A stretch of DNA of 40,741 nucleotides from Pseudomonadota bacterium (lineage in GTDB: Bacteria > Bdellovibrionota > Bdellovibrionia > Bdellovibrionales > SG-bin7), in assembly GCA_034439715.1 (NCBI GenBank), contig JAWXAY010000063.1, positions 1 through 40,741 on the forward strand, given 5' to 3'. Below, in pieces: positions 1-10,235 of the stretch. The notes under the pieces were generated by a model, which worked only from the letters and a program-made list of their open reading frames with translations, did not search any database and had not been told where the DNA came from. The position numbers and the translations under genes were made by a program. Within the stretch, counting starts at the first letter, position 1; each line of letters starts with the position of its first letter.

Positions 1-80
1 ACTACCTCTCCTGCTTGACCATTCAAGCCGTTATGAGAGGCAATCTTTTAACCTATGCTCAACTTACAAACCGGAAGGAA

Positions 81-347
81 TTACGTTGCACCCAACAAGG
101 TAGTGTGAACCAAAATAATGGTTCTCGCCATAAACTGAAGCCTAACTCCCCGAATTAGTAATATTGCAACTCCTAGCTCGGACAAAGAAATTAAAAGGCC
201 AAGCCAAAGTAAGGACCACGGGGGCAATAATTGGTAGGTGCCCAACACTTCGGCAAAGCCGCGATTGTCTAGTAGTTTACCGATGGCTGTCGTTAGAAAT
301 AAAACTATGAAAAGATAGCGCAATACCTTGCGAATTATAGGCTGCAT
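81..347 (-). pseudogene. MauE/DoxX-family membrane protein, apparently truncated at the 3' end
   Basis: R-x-L-x3-F-x4-GKL, Y-x-LLP and EL motifs with 3 hydrophobic segments; stops at 88 aa, and the usual CGCFG segment is absent in all frames downstream. Confidence 0.55.
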
Positions 348-361
348 AATATGATTACAAC

Positions 362-877
362 ATGTTGATGATAAATAAGAGACCTATTTTCTTGATCTTG
401 GCCTTAAGTATAGCATTGCCAATTGTTTTACATTCCACATCTCTTGGCAAAGCTCTCTTTGTCGATGCTTTTGCCTATGCTCTTGAGAAGTCCTTCTCAA
501 GCATTTTGCATGACTCAGCTTTGCTGATACGTGATAAAATGACTCAACCCAAATTTATTGTAGTGGACGTCCGTGCCACGGTAGAGCAAGAAGTTTCGAT
601 GATCCCCGATGCCATCACGCAAACAGAGTTTGAAAAAACAATAGACAGATATAGAGGTTTTCACGTGGTCACGTACTGCACGATTGGGCAACGCAGCTCC
701 AAATACGCTGAAAAATTAAAGTCTCTTGGTTATACGGTTTCAAATTTGCGTGGCGGAATTTTAGCTTGGGCGCAGAATCACTTGCCTCTTACTCACAATG
801 GCCTTTCCACAAAAAAAGTACATACCTATACTAAATTTTTTTCTCTATTGCCTGAGGATTATGAGCCCGTCTTCTAA
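362..877 (+). CDS. Rhodanese-like domain protein with N-terminal hydrophobic segment
   Basis: VDVR...MIPDA, active-site YCTIGQRS, NLRGGILAW. Confidence 0.85.
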   Translation: MLMINKRPIFLILALSIALPIVLHSTSLGKALFVDAFAYALEKSFSSILHDSALLIRDKMTQPKFIVVDVRATVEQEVSMIPDAITQTEFEKTIDRYRGFHVVTYCTIGQRSSKYAEKLKSLGYTVSNLRGGILAWAQNHLPLTHNGLSTKKVHTYTKFFSLLPEDYEPVF

Positions 878-1727
878 TTTACCCCTGTGGATTGACACTG
901 ATAACGCTCTGGGAGCAAAGTTTGGTGATATCGACGATGCCTTTGCCATCTCCCTACTTTTAAAAAGTAAAGTCTCAGTGCTGGGAATCTCAAATATTTT
1001 TGGTAATACCTTTCAGAGTTCAGCCTATCAAAATTCCCTCAGTCTAGCTAAGCTCTGTGATTATAGAGGTCCCGTTTTTAAAGGCGCCGATCACTGGTGG
1101 AGTAAGGAATCCACAGCTGCCCAAGAGTTAATAAATCTGAAAGAAGATTTTCGCTTTGTTGGACTAGGTCCATTGACCAATTTGGCGCTCGCTCTTAGAA
1201 ACGAAAAACTTGACACCAAAAAAATCAAGGAGGTCATCTTTGTCGGAACCAATGTCCACCACCAACTGCCAACGATGCGTTGGTTTGATTTCAATATTTG
1301 GAAGGACTGGCGTTCTGCTAAAATGGTTTTTGATTCCGAAATTCCAATTACTTTAGTTCCGTGTGACGTTGCCCGAAAACTGCGATTTTCATTTCAAGAT
1401 GTTTTGCGGATTCAAGGTGAGCTTGGTAGCTACTTGCAAACAGCCTCCACGCGTTGGTTTTGGCGTGCGCTTTTTTTGAAATTTTCTAGAACGGTACCCG
1501 TTTGGGATTTGCTTGCGGCCATTTACGTTTTGTCTCCTGAATTATTTTCGGTCCAAGAGATGAACGTAACAATTAACGGTCGTGGTCAGGTATCGATGAG
1601 CAAGAGTGCCGGAAAACAGTTTAAAATAATATCGGGCTTCAAAGAACTCGAAGCCCGCCAACTTTATTTTAACACTCTGTATACGGAGCCTAAAGCACCC
1701 AGCCAATGCCCAATAATATTTCTGTAA
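861..1727 (+). CDS. Nucleoside hydrolase (IU-NH family)
   Basis: WIDTD...DIDDAFAI, GN, GPLTNLA, FN-x3-D, WD motifs; ATG 861 preferred over the track start at 798. Confidence 0.85.
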   Translation: MSPSSNLPLWIDTDNALGAKFGDIDDAFAISLLLKSKVSVLGISNIFGNTFQSSAYQNSLSLAKLCDYRGPVFKGADHWWSKESTAAQELINLKEDFRFVGLGPLTNLALALRNEKLDTKKIKEVIFVGTNVHHQLPTMRWFDFNIWKDWRSAKMVFDSEIPITLVPCDVARKLRFSFQDVLRIQGELGSYLQTASTRWFWRALFLKFSRTVPVWDLLAAIYVLSPELFSVQEMNVTINGRGQVSMSKSAGKQFKIISGFKELEARQLYFNTLYTEPKAPSQCPIIFL

Positions 1728-2559
1728 TATAGCTAATGGGCGAGCTAGTAACGGCAGCCCCAAAATTCGCCGTGGGAATAAAATAAATTTTGTCAGTTAA
1801 ACGAACATCCAAACCCACAGTTCCTTGAACAATAAATAAAGTGGGTAAAGTGTCACTTAGATTCTTTATAGTGCCATCGTCATATTTAATGGTACCACTA
1901 GTCCCTTTGGCGAATTCCATTCCGAAACCATACCAAAAACTGTCTTGTGGGGCCGAGTAATATCGCACGCCAATACCTAATGAAAAAAACGTTTCATCAA
2001 GCTCCATTTTCTGAGAAAGCGTTGTGACTCCATTTGTTTTTAACTCAGCTTCAGCCTGTGTTTTTAATTTTCTTAGGGCACTGTAAATTCTAAATGAACT
2101 TTCTTCTCCAAACGGAAAATCAAAATAGATTTGGGGATAAGACGCCAAGCCAAACTGCTGACCAAAAACGGCGGTTTCTGAGGCCGAGGCATCAATCTCA
2201 GTGGGACCCCTGGCATAAAAACTGGTGGCTGAGTTAATGCCAATGGTCTTGCCAAACTGATGAGTCGGAACCACTTTTTTCTTAATATTTTTTGTCCATT
2301 CTAAATTTTCTTTTTTAAAAATTCTTCTTTGAACATAGCCTTTTGTTTTCGGCTGTCCCGGAAAGTAAAAATAGATCATAACCCATTGATTTTGGTAGGT
2401 GGGATTGGCGACCATAATCTCGCTCCCCGCTTCCAAATCTGAAATTATGTCACTTCTTTTATTCGGCTGAATATAGACTTGAGCGTCCTCAGGTACAGTC
2501 CACTTCCAATCGGCAAAGCTGACTTGCTGTAAAAAAGTAAAAACAAGAAATAGAACCAT
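1690..2559 (-). CDS. Exported protein: SH3b-like N-terminal domain plus outer-membrane beta-barrel-like C-terminal region
   Basis: Signal-like MVLFLVFTFLQQVSFA at ATG 2559; VY-x2-P...W...GYV SH3b pattern; amphipathic strands ending LGIGWVL. Confidence 0.6.
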   Translation of the reverse strand: MVLFLVFTFLQQVSFADWKWTVPEDAQVYIQPNKRSDIISDLEAGSEIMVANPTYQNQWVMIYFYFPGQPKTKGYVQRRIFKKENLEWTKNIKKKVVPTHQFGKTIGINSATSFYARGPTEIDASASETAVFGQQFGLASYPQIYFDFPFGEESSFRIYSALRKLKTQAEAELKTNGVTTLSQKMELDETFFSLGIGVRYYSAPQDSFWYGFGMEFAKGTSGTIKYDDGTIKNLSDTLPTLFIVQGTVGLDVRLTDKIYFIPTANFGAAVTSSPISYITEILLGIGWVL

Positions 2560-2670
2560 GTTTTGAGTAAGTAGAATTAAGAGCCCGTTAGGCAACAACA
2601 AATAATGGATTCTAACAACTTGACTCAATGCTGCAAAAAACATAAATAAAAGAGAACAAAGGAAACAGTT

Positions 2671-3216
2671 ATGAAAATCAATCTCAATGAAATTCCCGTA
2701 GAGGGCAGAGAATATATCTGCAATCAAAGAACTGGCGAATTTTCTGAATCCTTGGCTGATCTCGTGCGCCAAGAACCCTACACGGTGCATTTTTTGGTAC
2801 GTCCCATTGGCAATATCTTTGAGGTTACGGGAAACATTAAGACTCAATTGAATCTGACATGCGCCCGGTGCGCCGCCGACTTCAAGTCGACCCTCGATTT
2901 AAAACTTAATGAACTTTTAGTGCCAGGAGAAAAGCTGCCCCGAACTGGCAAAGAAGCCAAAGTTAACCATATTTCTGAACTTGATGATGATGGGCCGACG
3001 ACCTCTATTTTTGAGTCTTTTTCATTTGATATGAACCCTCTCATTCGCGATACTGTCGCACTTTCAGAACCAACAATCGCATTCTGCAAAATCGAATGTA
3101 AGGGACTCTGTCAATATTGCGGTCAGGATCTAAACGCAGTCACCTGTAATTGTGACGTAGAGCATCAAATGCGAGCTTCACCACTCGCCAAACTCGCGGA
3201 AATTAAATTGAATTAA
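2671..3216 (+). CDS. yceD: YceD/DUF177 family protein
   Basis: CARC and CKIECKGLCQYCG motifs; canonical position upstream of rpmF. Confidence 0.9.
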   Translation: MKINLNEIPVEGREYICNQRTGEFSESLADLVRQEPYTVHFLVRPIGNIFEVTGNIKTQLNLTCARCAADFKSTLDLKLNELLVPGEKLPRTGKEAKVNHISELDDDGPTTSIFESFSFDMNPLIRDTVALSEPTIAFCKIECKGLCQYCGQDLNAVTCNCDVEHQMRASPLAKLAEIKLN

Positions 3217-3277
3217 GAGTTGATTTTTGAAAGCAAAAAAGACATCTTTACAAAATTAGAAGAAAAGGAATTTTGCT

Positions 3278-3463
3278 ATGCCAATGCCCAAAAAGAGAAT
3301 TTCACATATGCGCCGTAATCTACGAAGATCTCATCATTTTTTAACGGCCCCCACTACCGGAAAATGTACCAACTGTAGCGCTATTGTTAGACCTCACCGC
3401 GTTTGTCCCACTTGTGGTTACTACAAAGGCAAAGAGATCGTCGCCGCTACTGAAGCTCAATAA
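3278..3463 (+). CDS. rpmF: 50S ribosomal protein L32 (Zn-ribbon form)
   Basis: PKKRIS...RRSH...CTNC...PHRVCPTCGYYKG. Confidence 0.97.
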   Translation: MPMPKKRISHMRRNLRRSHHFLTAPTTGKCTNCSAIVRPHRVCPTCGYYKGKEIVAATEAQ

Positions 3464-3474
3464 GCAGGAAAAAA

Positions 3475-4470
3475 ATGGCCGAATTTTTCCGCTCTCGCAT
3501 TAGTGGTACGGGTTCTTACCTCCCCGAAAAGCTCCTCACCAATTATGATCTTGAGAAAATGGTCGAAACCTCGCACGACTGGATTGTTGAGAGAACCGGA
3601 ATTCATAGCAGGCACATCGCGGCTAAAGAGCAGAGCACGAGTGATCTTGCTTATATTGCGACTCACAAGGCACTCGAGGCCGCCAATTTAAAAGTCAAAG
3701 ACATTGATGCCATATTGTTTGCGACTGTTTCGCCCGATCAAATTATGCCCAGCACGGCATGCGTACTGCAACATAAACTGGGATGCGGGAATATCATGGC
3801 ATTAGATATTTCAGCTGCCTGCTCTGGCTTTGTTTACGGGTTTAGTCTCGCTGACGATCTCATTCGCGTGGGATCTTACAAAAACATTTTAGTGGTCGGC
3901 GCAGAGGTTTTACATCGCTATGTGAATTATAAAGAGCGCGACACCTGCATTTTGTTTGGCGACGGGGCAGGGGTTGCTATCCTAAGCCGCAGTGATAAAG
4001 ATCAAGACTCAAGCGTCTATAGCCACCGTTTAGGCGCTGACGGCAGCGTCGGTGATTTGTTTGTGCTTCCGGCAGGCGGTTCAAAGCTGCCTTTTTCCCA
4101 AAGAGTTTTAGATGAGGGTCTGCAATTTGTACGTATGAAAGGCCGCGAAATTTTTAAACATGCCGTTCGTTCCATGACTGAAATGAGCGAGTCTGTGCTC
4201 CAAGAAAACAAAATGTCTGTAAAGGATGTTGATTGGTTAATTCCTCATCAAGCCAACATTCGTATTTTAGAATCAGTCGCAAAACACTTTGAATTCCCAC
4301 TCGAAAAAGTCATTATCAACATTGCCAAAGTCGGCAACACTTCAGCAGCAACAATACCCGTCGCTTTAGACGAAGGCATACGCGATGGCCGCATTAAGCG
4401 CGGGCAAAACGTCATGCTCACCGCTTTTGGCGCTGGGTTAACCATGGGCAGTGCCTTGTTTAAATATTAG
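3475..4470 (+). CDS. fabH: Beta-ketoacyl-ACP synthase III
   Basis: AACSGF, FGDGAG, PHQAN, GNTSAA. Confidence 0.96.
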   Translation: MAEFFRSRISGTGSYLPEKLLTNYDLEKMVETSHDWIVERTGIHSRHIAAKEQSTSDLAYIATHKALEAANLKVKDIDAILFATVSPDQIMPSTACVLQHKLGCGNIMALDISAACSGFVYGFSLADDLIRVGSYKNILVVGAEVLHRYVNYKERDTCILFGDGAGVAILSRSDKDQDSSVYSHRLGADGSVGDLFVLPAGGSKLPFSQRVLDEGLQFVRMKGREIFKHAVRSMTEMSESVLQENKMSVKDVDWLIPHQANIRILESVAKHFEFPLEKVIINIAKVGNTSAATIPVALDEGIRDGRIKRGQNVMLTAFGAGLTMGSALFKY

Positions 4471-4478
4471 GATAAATC

Positions 4479-5441
4479 ATGTGGGCAGCAGTTTTTCCCG
4501 GGCAAGGTAGTCAGCACATTGGAATGGGAAGATTCCTGTTTGATAACTTTAAATCGACACAAAGATTTTTTGAGGAAGCTAGCGATTCAGTTAAAATAAA
4601 TTTTAAAAAATTATGTTTCGATGGAGATGAATCTTCCCTTTCACTTACCGAAAATACCCAGCCCGCACTCGTTCTAGTGTCACACTGTTATTCTGAAGCC
4701 ATTAAAGAGACTACAGATTTAAGGTTTTCTTATTTAGCCGGACACTCGGTCGGTGAGTATTCAGCGGCCCTCGCAGGAGGAACAATTATTTTTGCCGATG
4801 CCATCTTTGCCGTTCACGAACGTGGAAAGGCCATGCAAGAGGCAGTCCCTGAAGGTGTGGGAGCTATGCTGGCAGTGCTCGGACCCGACGACGAGCAAGT
4901 CAAAAAACTATGCACGTGGGCAGAAAGCGAATCAGGTTTTAGTCCCCTGGAAGCCGCCAACTTTAATTGTCCCGGGCAGGTAGTTATTAGTGGAAGTAAA
5001 AAAGCTGCTGATTGGTTAAGAGAAAATTTTAAACCCGAGTTATTTGATCCTCCCCTTAAGCGAATTAAGTTTATTGAGTTAAAAGTTTCTGCCCCGTTTC
5101 ACTGTAGTTTGATGAAGCCCGCCGAAGAGAAAATGACTTTGATACTAAACGGCCTAAAATTTCAAAAATCCAAGATTCCCATTGTACAAAACATTGATGC
5201 CAAAGAATCGCAAGAGGCTGAATTAATCAGGAGCAAGTTAATTAAGCAAATTTCAGGCACAGTGTTATGGACACAATGCATAACTCGAATGCGAGAGTTA
5301 GGGGTAAATCACATTTTGGAGTTGGGTGCTGGACAAGTGCTTTCGGGACTCATAAAAAAAATTGACAGTACCCACTTTAAAACATTCAATATGCACACAA
5401 TTGAAGAGCTTAAAACCTTGGAAAGTAAGGCTAAACTTTGA
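4479..5441 (+). CDS. fabD: Malonyl-CoA:ACP transacylase
   Basis: FPGQGSQ, TQPA, GHSVGEY, SAPFH. Confidence 0.96.
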   Translation: MWAAVFPGQGSQHIGMGRFLFDNFKSTQRFFEEASDSVKINFKKLCFDGDESSLSLTENTQPALVLVSHCYSEAIKETTDLRFSYLAGHSVGEYSAALAGGTIIFADAIFAVHERGKAMQEAVPEGVGAMLAVLGPDDEQVKKLCTWAESESGFSPLEAANFNCPGQVVISGSKKAADWLRENFKPELFDPPLKRIKFIELKVSAPFHCSLMKPAEEKMTLILNGLKFQKSKIPIVQNIDAKESQEAELIRSKLIKQISGTVLWTQCITRMRELGVNHILELGAGQVLSGLIKKIDSTHFKTFNMHTIEELKTLESKAKL

Positions 5442-6187
5442 GTTTCTTAAGTGGTTTAAAAAATAAAAACATAGTGGTTACTGGCGCTAGCCGGGGAATC
5501 GGTGCGGGCATCGCGCGAATTCTTGCAGCTCGTGGCGCGCGAGTTGCCATTACTTATTCGAATAACGAAAAAAAAGCTCAAGAGGTTTTGAGTGATCTTG
5601 AGGGTTCAAACCATTTTGCGTTACAGATGGATATCACAAACGAAGAGTCGATTAAAGCCGGTTTTGTAAATATTTTTTCAAAGATGACAACCGTTGACGG
5701 CTTAGTCAACAACGCGGGAGTCACCGAAGACATGCTACTGTTGATGATGAAAACAGATTCCTTTGATAAGGTAATCTCTACTAATTTAAGAGGCACTTTT
5801 TTGACTACGAAATCTGTTTTAAAACCCATGTTAAAGGCAAAAAAAGGCTCGATCGTAAATATCACAAGTGTCGTGGGAGAAATGGGCAATCCTGGTCAGG
5901 CTAATTATGCCGCCTCTAAAGCCGGCGTGGAGGCTTTTACAAAATCTGTCGCAAGAGAAATGGCGGGACGTAACATTAGACTTAATTGTGTAGCGCCAGG
6001 GTACATTGTTACCGAAATGACAGAACAGCTAAGTTTAAAACAAAAAGAAACTATTATAGGCGAAATCCCAATGCAAACTTTAGGAAGTGCCTTGGATGTC
6101 GCCTATGCAGTCGCGTTTTTATTAAGTGATGAATCAAATTATATTACAGGTCAAACCATCCGTGTTAACGGTGGTTTGTATATGTAA
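5438..6187 (+). CDS. fabG: 3-oxoacyl-ACP reductase
   Basis: [17 protein letters not shown]; fab context; TTG start overlaps the fabD stop. Confidence 0.95.
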   Translation: MSFLSGLKNKNIVVTGASRGIGAGIARILAARGARVAITYSNNEKKAQEVLSDLEGSNHFALQMDITNEESIKAGFVNIFSKMTTVDGLVNNAGVTEDMLLLMMKTDSFDKVISTNLRGTFLTTKSVLKPMLKAKKGSIVNITSVVGEMGNPGQANYAASKAGVEAFTKSVAREMAGRNIRLNCVAPGYIVTEMTEQLSLKQKETIIGEIPMQTLGSALDVAYAVAFLLSDESNYITGQTIRVNGGLYM

Positions 6188-6213
6188 ACAAACAGAAAGT
6201 ACGGAGGAAAACT

Positions 6214-6459
6214 ATGATGGCAGCATTAAATCCTAAAATTAAGGATATCATCGTCGAGCAATTGGGCGTTGATGCGGAGAGAATTAAACCAGAAGCGTCG
6301 TTCATCGATGATCTTGGTGCTGATAGCCTTGATATCGTCGAACTGATTATGGCAATGGAAGAAGAGTTCGACATTGAAATTCCTGACGAAGACGCAGAGA
6401 GACTTAAAACCGTTTCAGATGTGGTAAAGTATTTGTCAGGCAAAGGTAAAGTTGTCTAA
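6214..6459 (+). CDS. acpP: Acyl carrier protein
   Basis: DDLGADSLD phosphopantetheine site; GGAGGA RBS. Confidence 0.97.
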   Translation: MMAALNPKIKDIIVEQLGVDAERIKPEASFIDDLGADSLDIVELIMAMEEEFDIEIPDEDAERLKTVSDVVKYLSGKGKVV

Positions 6460-7717
6460 CGTTTTTCAAAAACGCACTATTCATGAGCGAAGAGTAGTAG
6501 TGACCGGGATGGGTATGGTGACCCCTCTCGGTAATAGCGTTTTCGATAGCTGGCAAAACGCTACTAACGGTAAATCTGGCATTGGCCCTATTACAACATT
6601 TGATACTTCAAACTATGATGTCAAAATTGCTGGCGAAGTTAAAAATTTTGATCTGGATCAGTACGTTTCTAAAAAAGAGCAAAAAAAAATGGACCGTTTT
6701 GTTTATTTTGCTCTGGCTAGCGCAAAGATGGCGCTTCAGGATAGCAGTCTTGATATTACCGAAAAAAACGCCCCTCGTATTGGCTGCTTTGTTGGTGTAG
6801 GCATGGGCGGGCTACCTATGATCGAGGAACAGCACAAACGCTTACTCGAACGAGGACCGTCAAGAGTAACGCCTTTTTTTATTCCGGGCGTAATTACTAA
6901 TCTGGCTTCGGGACATATAAGTATCCAGTTCGGAGTCAAGGGACCCTCTTACAGTGTGACATCTGCTTGTGCGACAGGTGCCCATTCGATTGGTGAGGCC
7001 TTTAATTATATTCGCTATGGTAAGTGTGAAGCTATGATAGCGGGAGGCGTTGAATCCACCATTTGTCCGACTGCTGTCAGCGGTTTTAATGCCATGAAAG
7101 CGCTCTCGACCCGAAACGATAATCCCCAAAAGGCCTCTCGTCCCTGGGACAGAGACCGCGACGGGTTTGTTATGGCTGAAGGCGGTGCCGTTTTGGTTTT
7201 AGAGGATTATGAAAGAGCTTCGCAAAGAGGCGCGAAAATTTACGCGGAAATTACAGGATACGGAGCATCAAGCGACGCCTATCATATTGCCAGCCCCACT
7301 CCCAACGGCGAAGGGGCTGTACGCGCTATGTATTCTGCTCTCAGTGATGCCCAAATAAATGCGGACCAAGTGGGTTACATCAATGCGCATGGAACCAGTA
7401 CTCCAATGGGAGATGAAATCGAGAGCCAAGCTATTAAAGGTGTTTTTGGAAATGCCGCGAAATCAGTTTGGGTCAGCAGCACAAAGAGTATGACAGGACA
7501 TACTTTAGGTGGCGCAGGAAGCATTGAAAGTATTTTTGCTATAAAGGCCCTTGAAACAGGAATTGTCCCACCCACGCTAAATTTGGATAATCCTGGCGAA
7601 GGTTGCGATCTCGATTATGTGCCAGGGGTGGCTCGTGAAAAGAAACTCCTTCACGTTATGAATAATAGTTTTGGCTTTGGCGGCACAAATGCCAGTTTGA
7701 TATTTTCAAAAATATAA
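6452..7717 (+). CDS. fabF: Beta-ketoacyl-ACP synthase II
   Basis: [31 protein letters not shown]; exact start uncertain. Confidence 0.95.
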   Translation: MSNVFQKRTIHERRVVVTGMGMVTPLGNSVFDSWQNATNGKSGIGPITTFDTSNYDVKIAGEVKNFDLDQYVSKKEQKKMDRFVYFALASAKMALQDSSLDITEKNAPRIGCFVGVGMGGLPMIEEQHKRLLERGPSRVTPFFIPGVITNLASGHISIQFGVKGPSYSVTSACATGAHSIGEAFNYIRYGKCEAMIAGGVESTICPTAVSGFNAMKALSTRNDNPQKASRPWDRDRDGFVMAEGGAVLVLEDYERASQRGAKIYAEITGYGASSDAYHIASPTPNGEGAVRAMYSALSDAQINADQVGYINAHGTSTPMGDEIESQAIKGVFGNAAKSVWVSSTKSMTGHTLGGAGSIESIFAIKALETGIVPPTLNLDNPGEGCDLDYVPGVAREKKLLHVMNNSFGFGGTNASLIFSKI

Positions 7718-7730
7718 GAAAAAAATAAAT

Positions 7731-8186
7731 ATGAAAAAAACCATTTTTATTGCTTCTGATCATGCGGGACTTAGCCTTAAGACTTTTTTCATTAATAACT
7801 CTCCCCAATTTGAATGGGTCGACTTAGGCCCCCACTCTGAAGCTTCAGTCGACTATCCGGATTTTGCGGATATACTTGTGAGAGAAATCAAAACTCCAAG
7901 TGATTTAGGCGTTTTGATTTGCGGTTCAGGTCAGGGTATGAGTATGCGCGCTAATAAATATTCCCACATTCGGGCCGCACTTTGCTGGAATGAAGAGACG
8001 GCAAAGCTCGCGCGCGAACATAACAATGCCAACGTGCTGTGTTTTGGCGCCCGTCTTATTTCAACAAATTTAGCGCACGGTATTCTTGAAACTTTTATGA
8101 AAACAGAATTTGCTGGCGGAAGACATGAACAAAGAGTCACAAAAATTTCTTCAAACCCCCAAAAAAAATCAGAAAAAGGGAGCTGA
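7731..8186 (+). CDS. rpiB: Ribose-5-phosphate isomerase B
   Basis: SDHAG, DYPD, CGSGQG, HNNAN, GGRH. Confidence 0.95.
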   Translation: MKKTIFIASDHAGLSLKTFFINNSPQFEWVDLGPHSEASVDYPDFADILVREIKTPSDLGVLICGSGQGMSMRANKYSHIRAALCWNEETAKLAREHNNANVLCFGARLISTNLAHGILETFMKTEFAGGRHEQRVTKISSNPQKKSEKGS

Positions 8187-8187
8187 C

Positions 8188-9420
8188 ATGTTGAGTTTGA
8201 CAAAACAGGATCCAGAAATAGCTGGCTTTATCGCTAAAGAAAAAGAACGACAAATGTTTGGCTTAGAAATGATTGCCTCTGAAAATTATGTGTCTCAAGC
8301 GGTAATGGATGCACAAGGTTCAGTTTTAACTAATAAGTATGCCGAGGGTTATCCCGGTAAAAGGTATTACGGAGGCTGTGAATACGTCGATCATATCGAG
8401 CAAATCGCTATCGATAGAGCTAAAAAACTTTTTGACTGTCAGCATGCCAATGTTCAACCTCATTCTGGCTCGCAAGCCAACATGGCCGTATACCTGACGG
8501 TATGTCAACCCGGTGACACTATTATGGGTATGGATCTCTCCCACGGTGGGCACCTCACTCATGGTTCGCCGGTTAATTTTAGCGGATTTTTATTTAAAGT
8601 GGTTTCTTATTCGCTTGACTCAAAAACCGATCGCTTGAACTACGATACCATTTTAGCCAAGGCACGCGAAGCTAAGCCAAAAATGCTCATTGCCGGCTAT
8701 AGCGCCTATCCCCGCCCTCTCGATTTCGCTAAATTTAAGGAAATCGCAGACGAAGTTGGTGCAACACTCATGGTCGACATGGCGCATTTTGCCGGTTTGG
8801 TGGCGGCAGGACTACACATGTCCCCCATTCCTTATGCGGATTACACAACCAGCACCACTCATAAAACGCTTCGCGGCCCGCGAGGTGGACTCATTCTTTG
8901 CAGCGATGCCAATGCCAAAAAAGTGAATTCCAAAATATTTCCTGGTATTCAAGGTGGTCCTTTAGAGCATGTCATTGCCGCCAAGGCCGTGGCCTTCGGT
9001 GAGGCTCTAAAGCCCGAATTTAAAACTTATTCAGAACAAATCATTAAGAATGCCAGGGTCTTAGCAGAATCTCTTTTGAGTGAGGGTTTTGATTTAGTCA
9101 CTGGGGGCACTGATAACCACTTGATTTTAGTTAATCTATCAAATAAAAACATTACCGGTAAAGATGCCGAAATTACATTGGATAAATGTGGCATCACAGT
9201 AAATAAAAACACTGTGCCGAACGAAAAACTGAGTCCCTTTGTTACCTCAGGCATTCGTATAGGTACGCCTGCCTTAACGACTAGGGGAATGAAGGAATCC
9301 CAAATGAAAGTCATAGGACTTTGGATTGCTAAGGCACTTAAACACTTAAATGAAGACTCAGTTCATGCTAGGATTAAAAAAGATGTCAGTGATTTGTGTA
9401 AGGACTTTCCTATTTATTAG
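8188..9420 (+). CDS. glyA: Serine hydroxymethyltransferase
   Basis: [34 protein letters not shown] 8188 after GGGAG. Confidence 0.97.
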   Translation: MLSLTKQDPEIAGFIAKEKERQMFGLEMIASENYVSQAVMDAQGSVLTNKYAEGYPGKRYYGGCEYVDHIEQIAIDRAKKLFDCQHANVQPHSGSQANMAVYLTVCQPGDTIMGMDLSHGGHLTHGSPVNFSGFLFKVVSYSLDSKTDRLNYDTILAKAREAKPKMLIAGYSAYPRPLDFAKFKEIADEVGATLMVDMAHFAGLVAAGLHMSPIPYADYTTSTTHKTLRGPRGGLILCSDANAKKVNSKIFPGIQGGPLEHVIAAKAVAFGEALKPEFKTYSEQIIKNARVLAESLLSEGFDLVTGGTDNHLILVNLSNKNITGKDAEITLDKCGITVNKNTVPNEKLSPFVTSGIRIGTPALTTRGMKESQMKVIGLWIAKALKHLNEDSVHARIKKDVSDLCKDFPIY

Positions 9421-9919
9421 CGTCTCGCTCTCTCTCGGTTGCCAAAATTTTCGTGGACCAGGAGAGATGGTCACTCCCCATGTCACTGATGAGTCCTATG
9501 AATATAGTGACACCCCATCTGCCTTTGACGTCACGTGGCCAGTGTTTAACGGCAAAGTTACCCAGACCTTTAGTTTAGGAAAGAGAAGACCTCATTTGGG
9601 AATTGATATCTCAGCCCCCCGTGGTAGCTCCATTCGCGCTTCACATGATGGACATGTCGTTTATGCAGGGAACGGCTTCAAGGGTTATGGCAAAATGATT
9701 ATTGTGGATCTAGACGGCCATTGGGCCACTCTTTATTCTCACCTTTCGCGTATCAGTGTTAAAAACGGACAGAAAATTGAACGAGGACAGATCCTAGGGA
9801 TCATTGGCAGATCCGGAAACGCCACCGGCATTCATCTCCATTTTGAAATTCGTCGAGATAAACAGGCGACCGACCCACTCAAATATCTACCGGCAAAAAC
9901 CTATATTACTTCGAATTAG
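9383..9919 (+). CDS. M23 family peptidoglycan metalloendopeptidase, probable lipoprotein
   Basis: LSLGC lipobox-like sequence, HLGID, YSHL, HLHFE; start uncertain. Confidence 0.85.
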   Translation: MSVICVRTFLFISVSLSLGCQNFRGPGEMVTPHVTDESYEYSDTPSAFDVTWPVFNGKVTQTFSLGKRRPHLGIDISAPRGSSIRASHDGHVVYAGNGFKGYGKMIIVDLDGHWATLYSHLSRISVKNGQKIERGQILGIIGRSGNATGIHLHFEIRRDKQATDPLKYLPAKTYITSN

Positions 9920-9928
9920 TTTTTAGTG

Positions 9929-9943
9929 CGCCCATCACGGGCG
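9929..9943. terminator. Short GC hairpin between convergent genes
   Basis: CGCCC-ATCAC-GGGCG; lacks a good U-tract. Confidence 0.3.
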
Positions 9944-9965
9944 GTTGAAAAAAGCGTCGTCTGTC

Positions 9966-10235
9966 TCAGAATAGTTTCTTAAAACTAAAACTTACCCAAC
10001 TACTAAGTCCAGCAATGAGTGCCGGAATGATACTGCTGATCAGATAGACTAAAGCCAAATACTTTATACCCAACATATTAACAAGTACGGGTCCTACCGA
10101 ATACCCATAGGCTAAATCAATAATCATGACTGAAATAAGCCAAAGACTAAACACCACGAAAAAAGAAGCGACTAAAGCCTTCTGCAAAGAAGCAAATAAA
10201 AATCCAAAAACTAATCCTAAAAGGACTGCCATCAT
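9966..10235 (-). CDS. Small multi-pass membrane protein
   Basis: 89 aa, about 3 hydrophobic helices; ATGA overlap with the acylase stop. Confidence 0.7.
   Translation of the reverse strand: MMAVLLGLVFGFLFASLQKALVASFFVVFSLWLISVMIIDLAYGYSVGPVLVNMLGIKYLALVYLISSIIPALIAGLSSWVSFSFKKLF

Noticed and set aside
2560..2847. N-terminal 96-aa extension of track ORF 1690..2847
   Set aside because: Overlaps yceD on the opposite strand; a signal-like start exists at 2559
3457..9314. Many 60-100 aa alternative-frame and antisense ORFs across the fab-glyA run
   Set aside because: Shadows of conserved genes with no motifs
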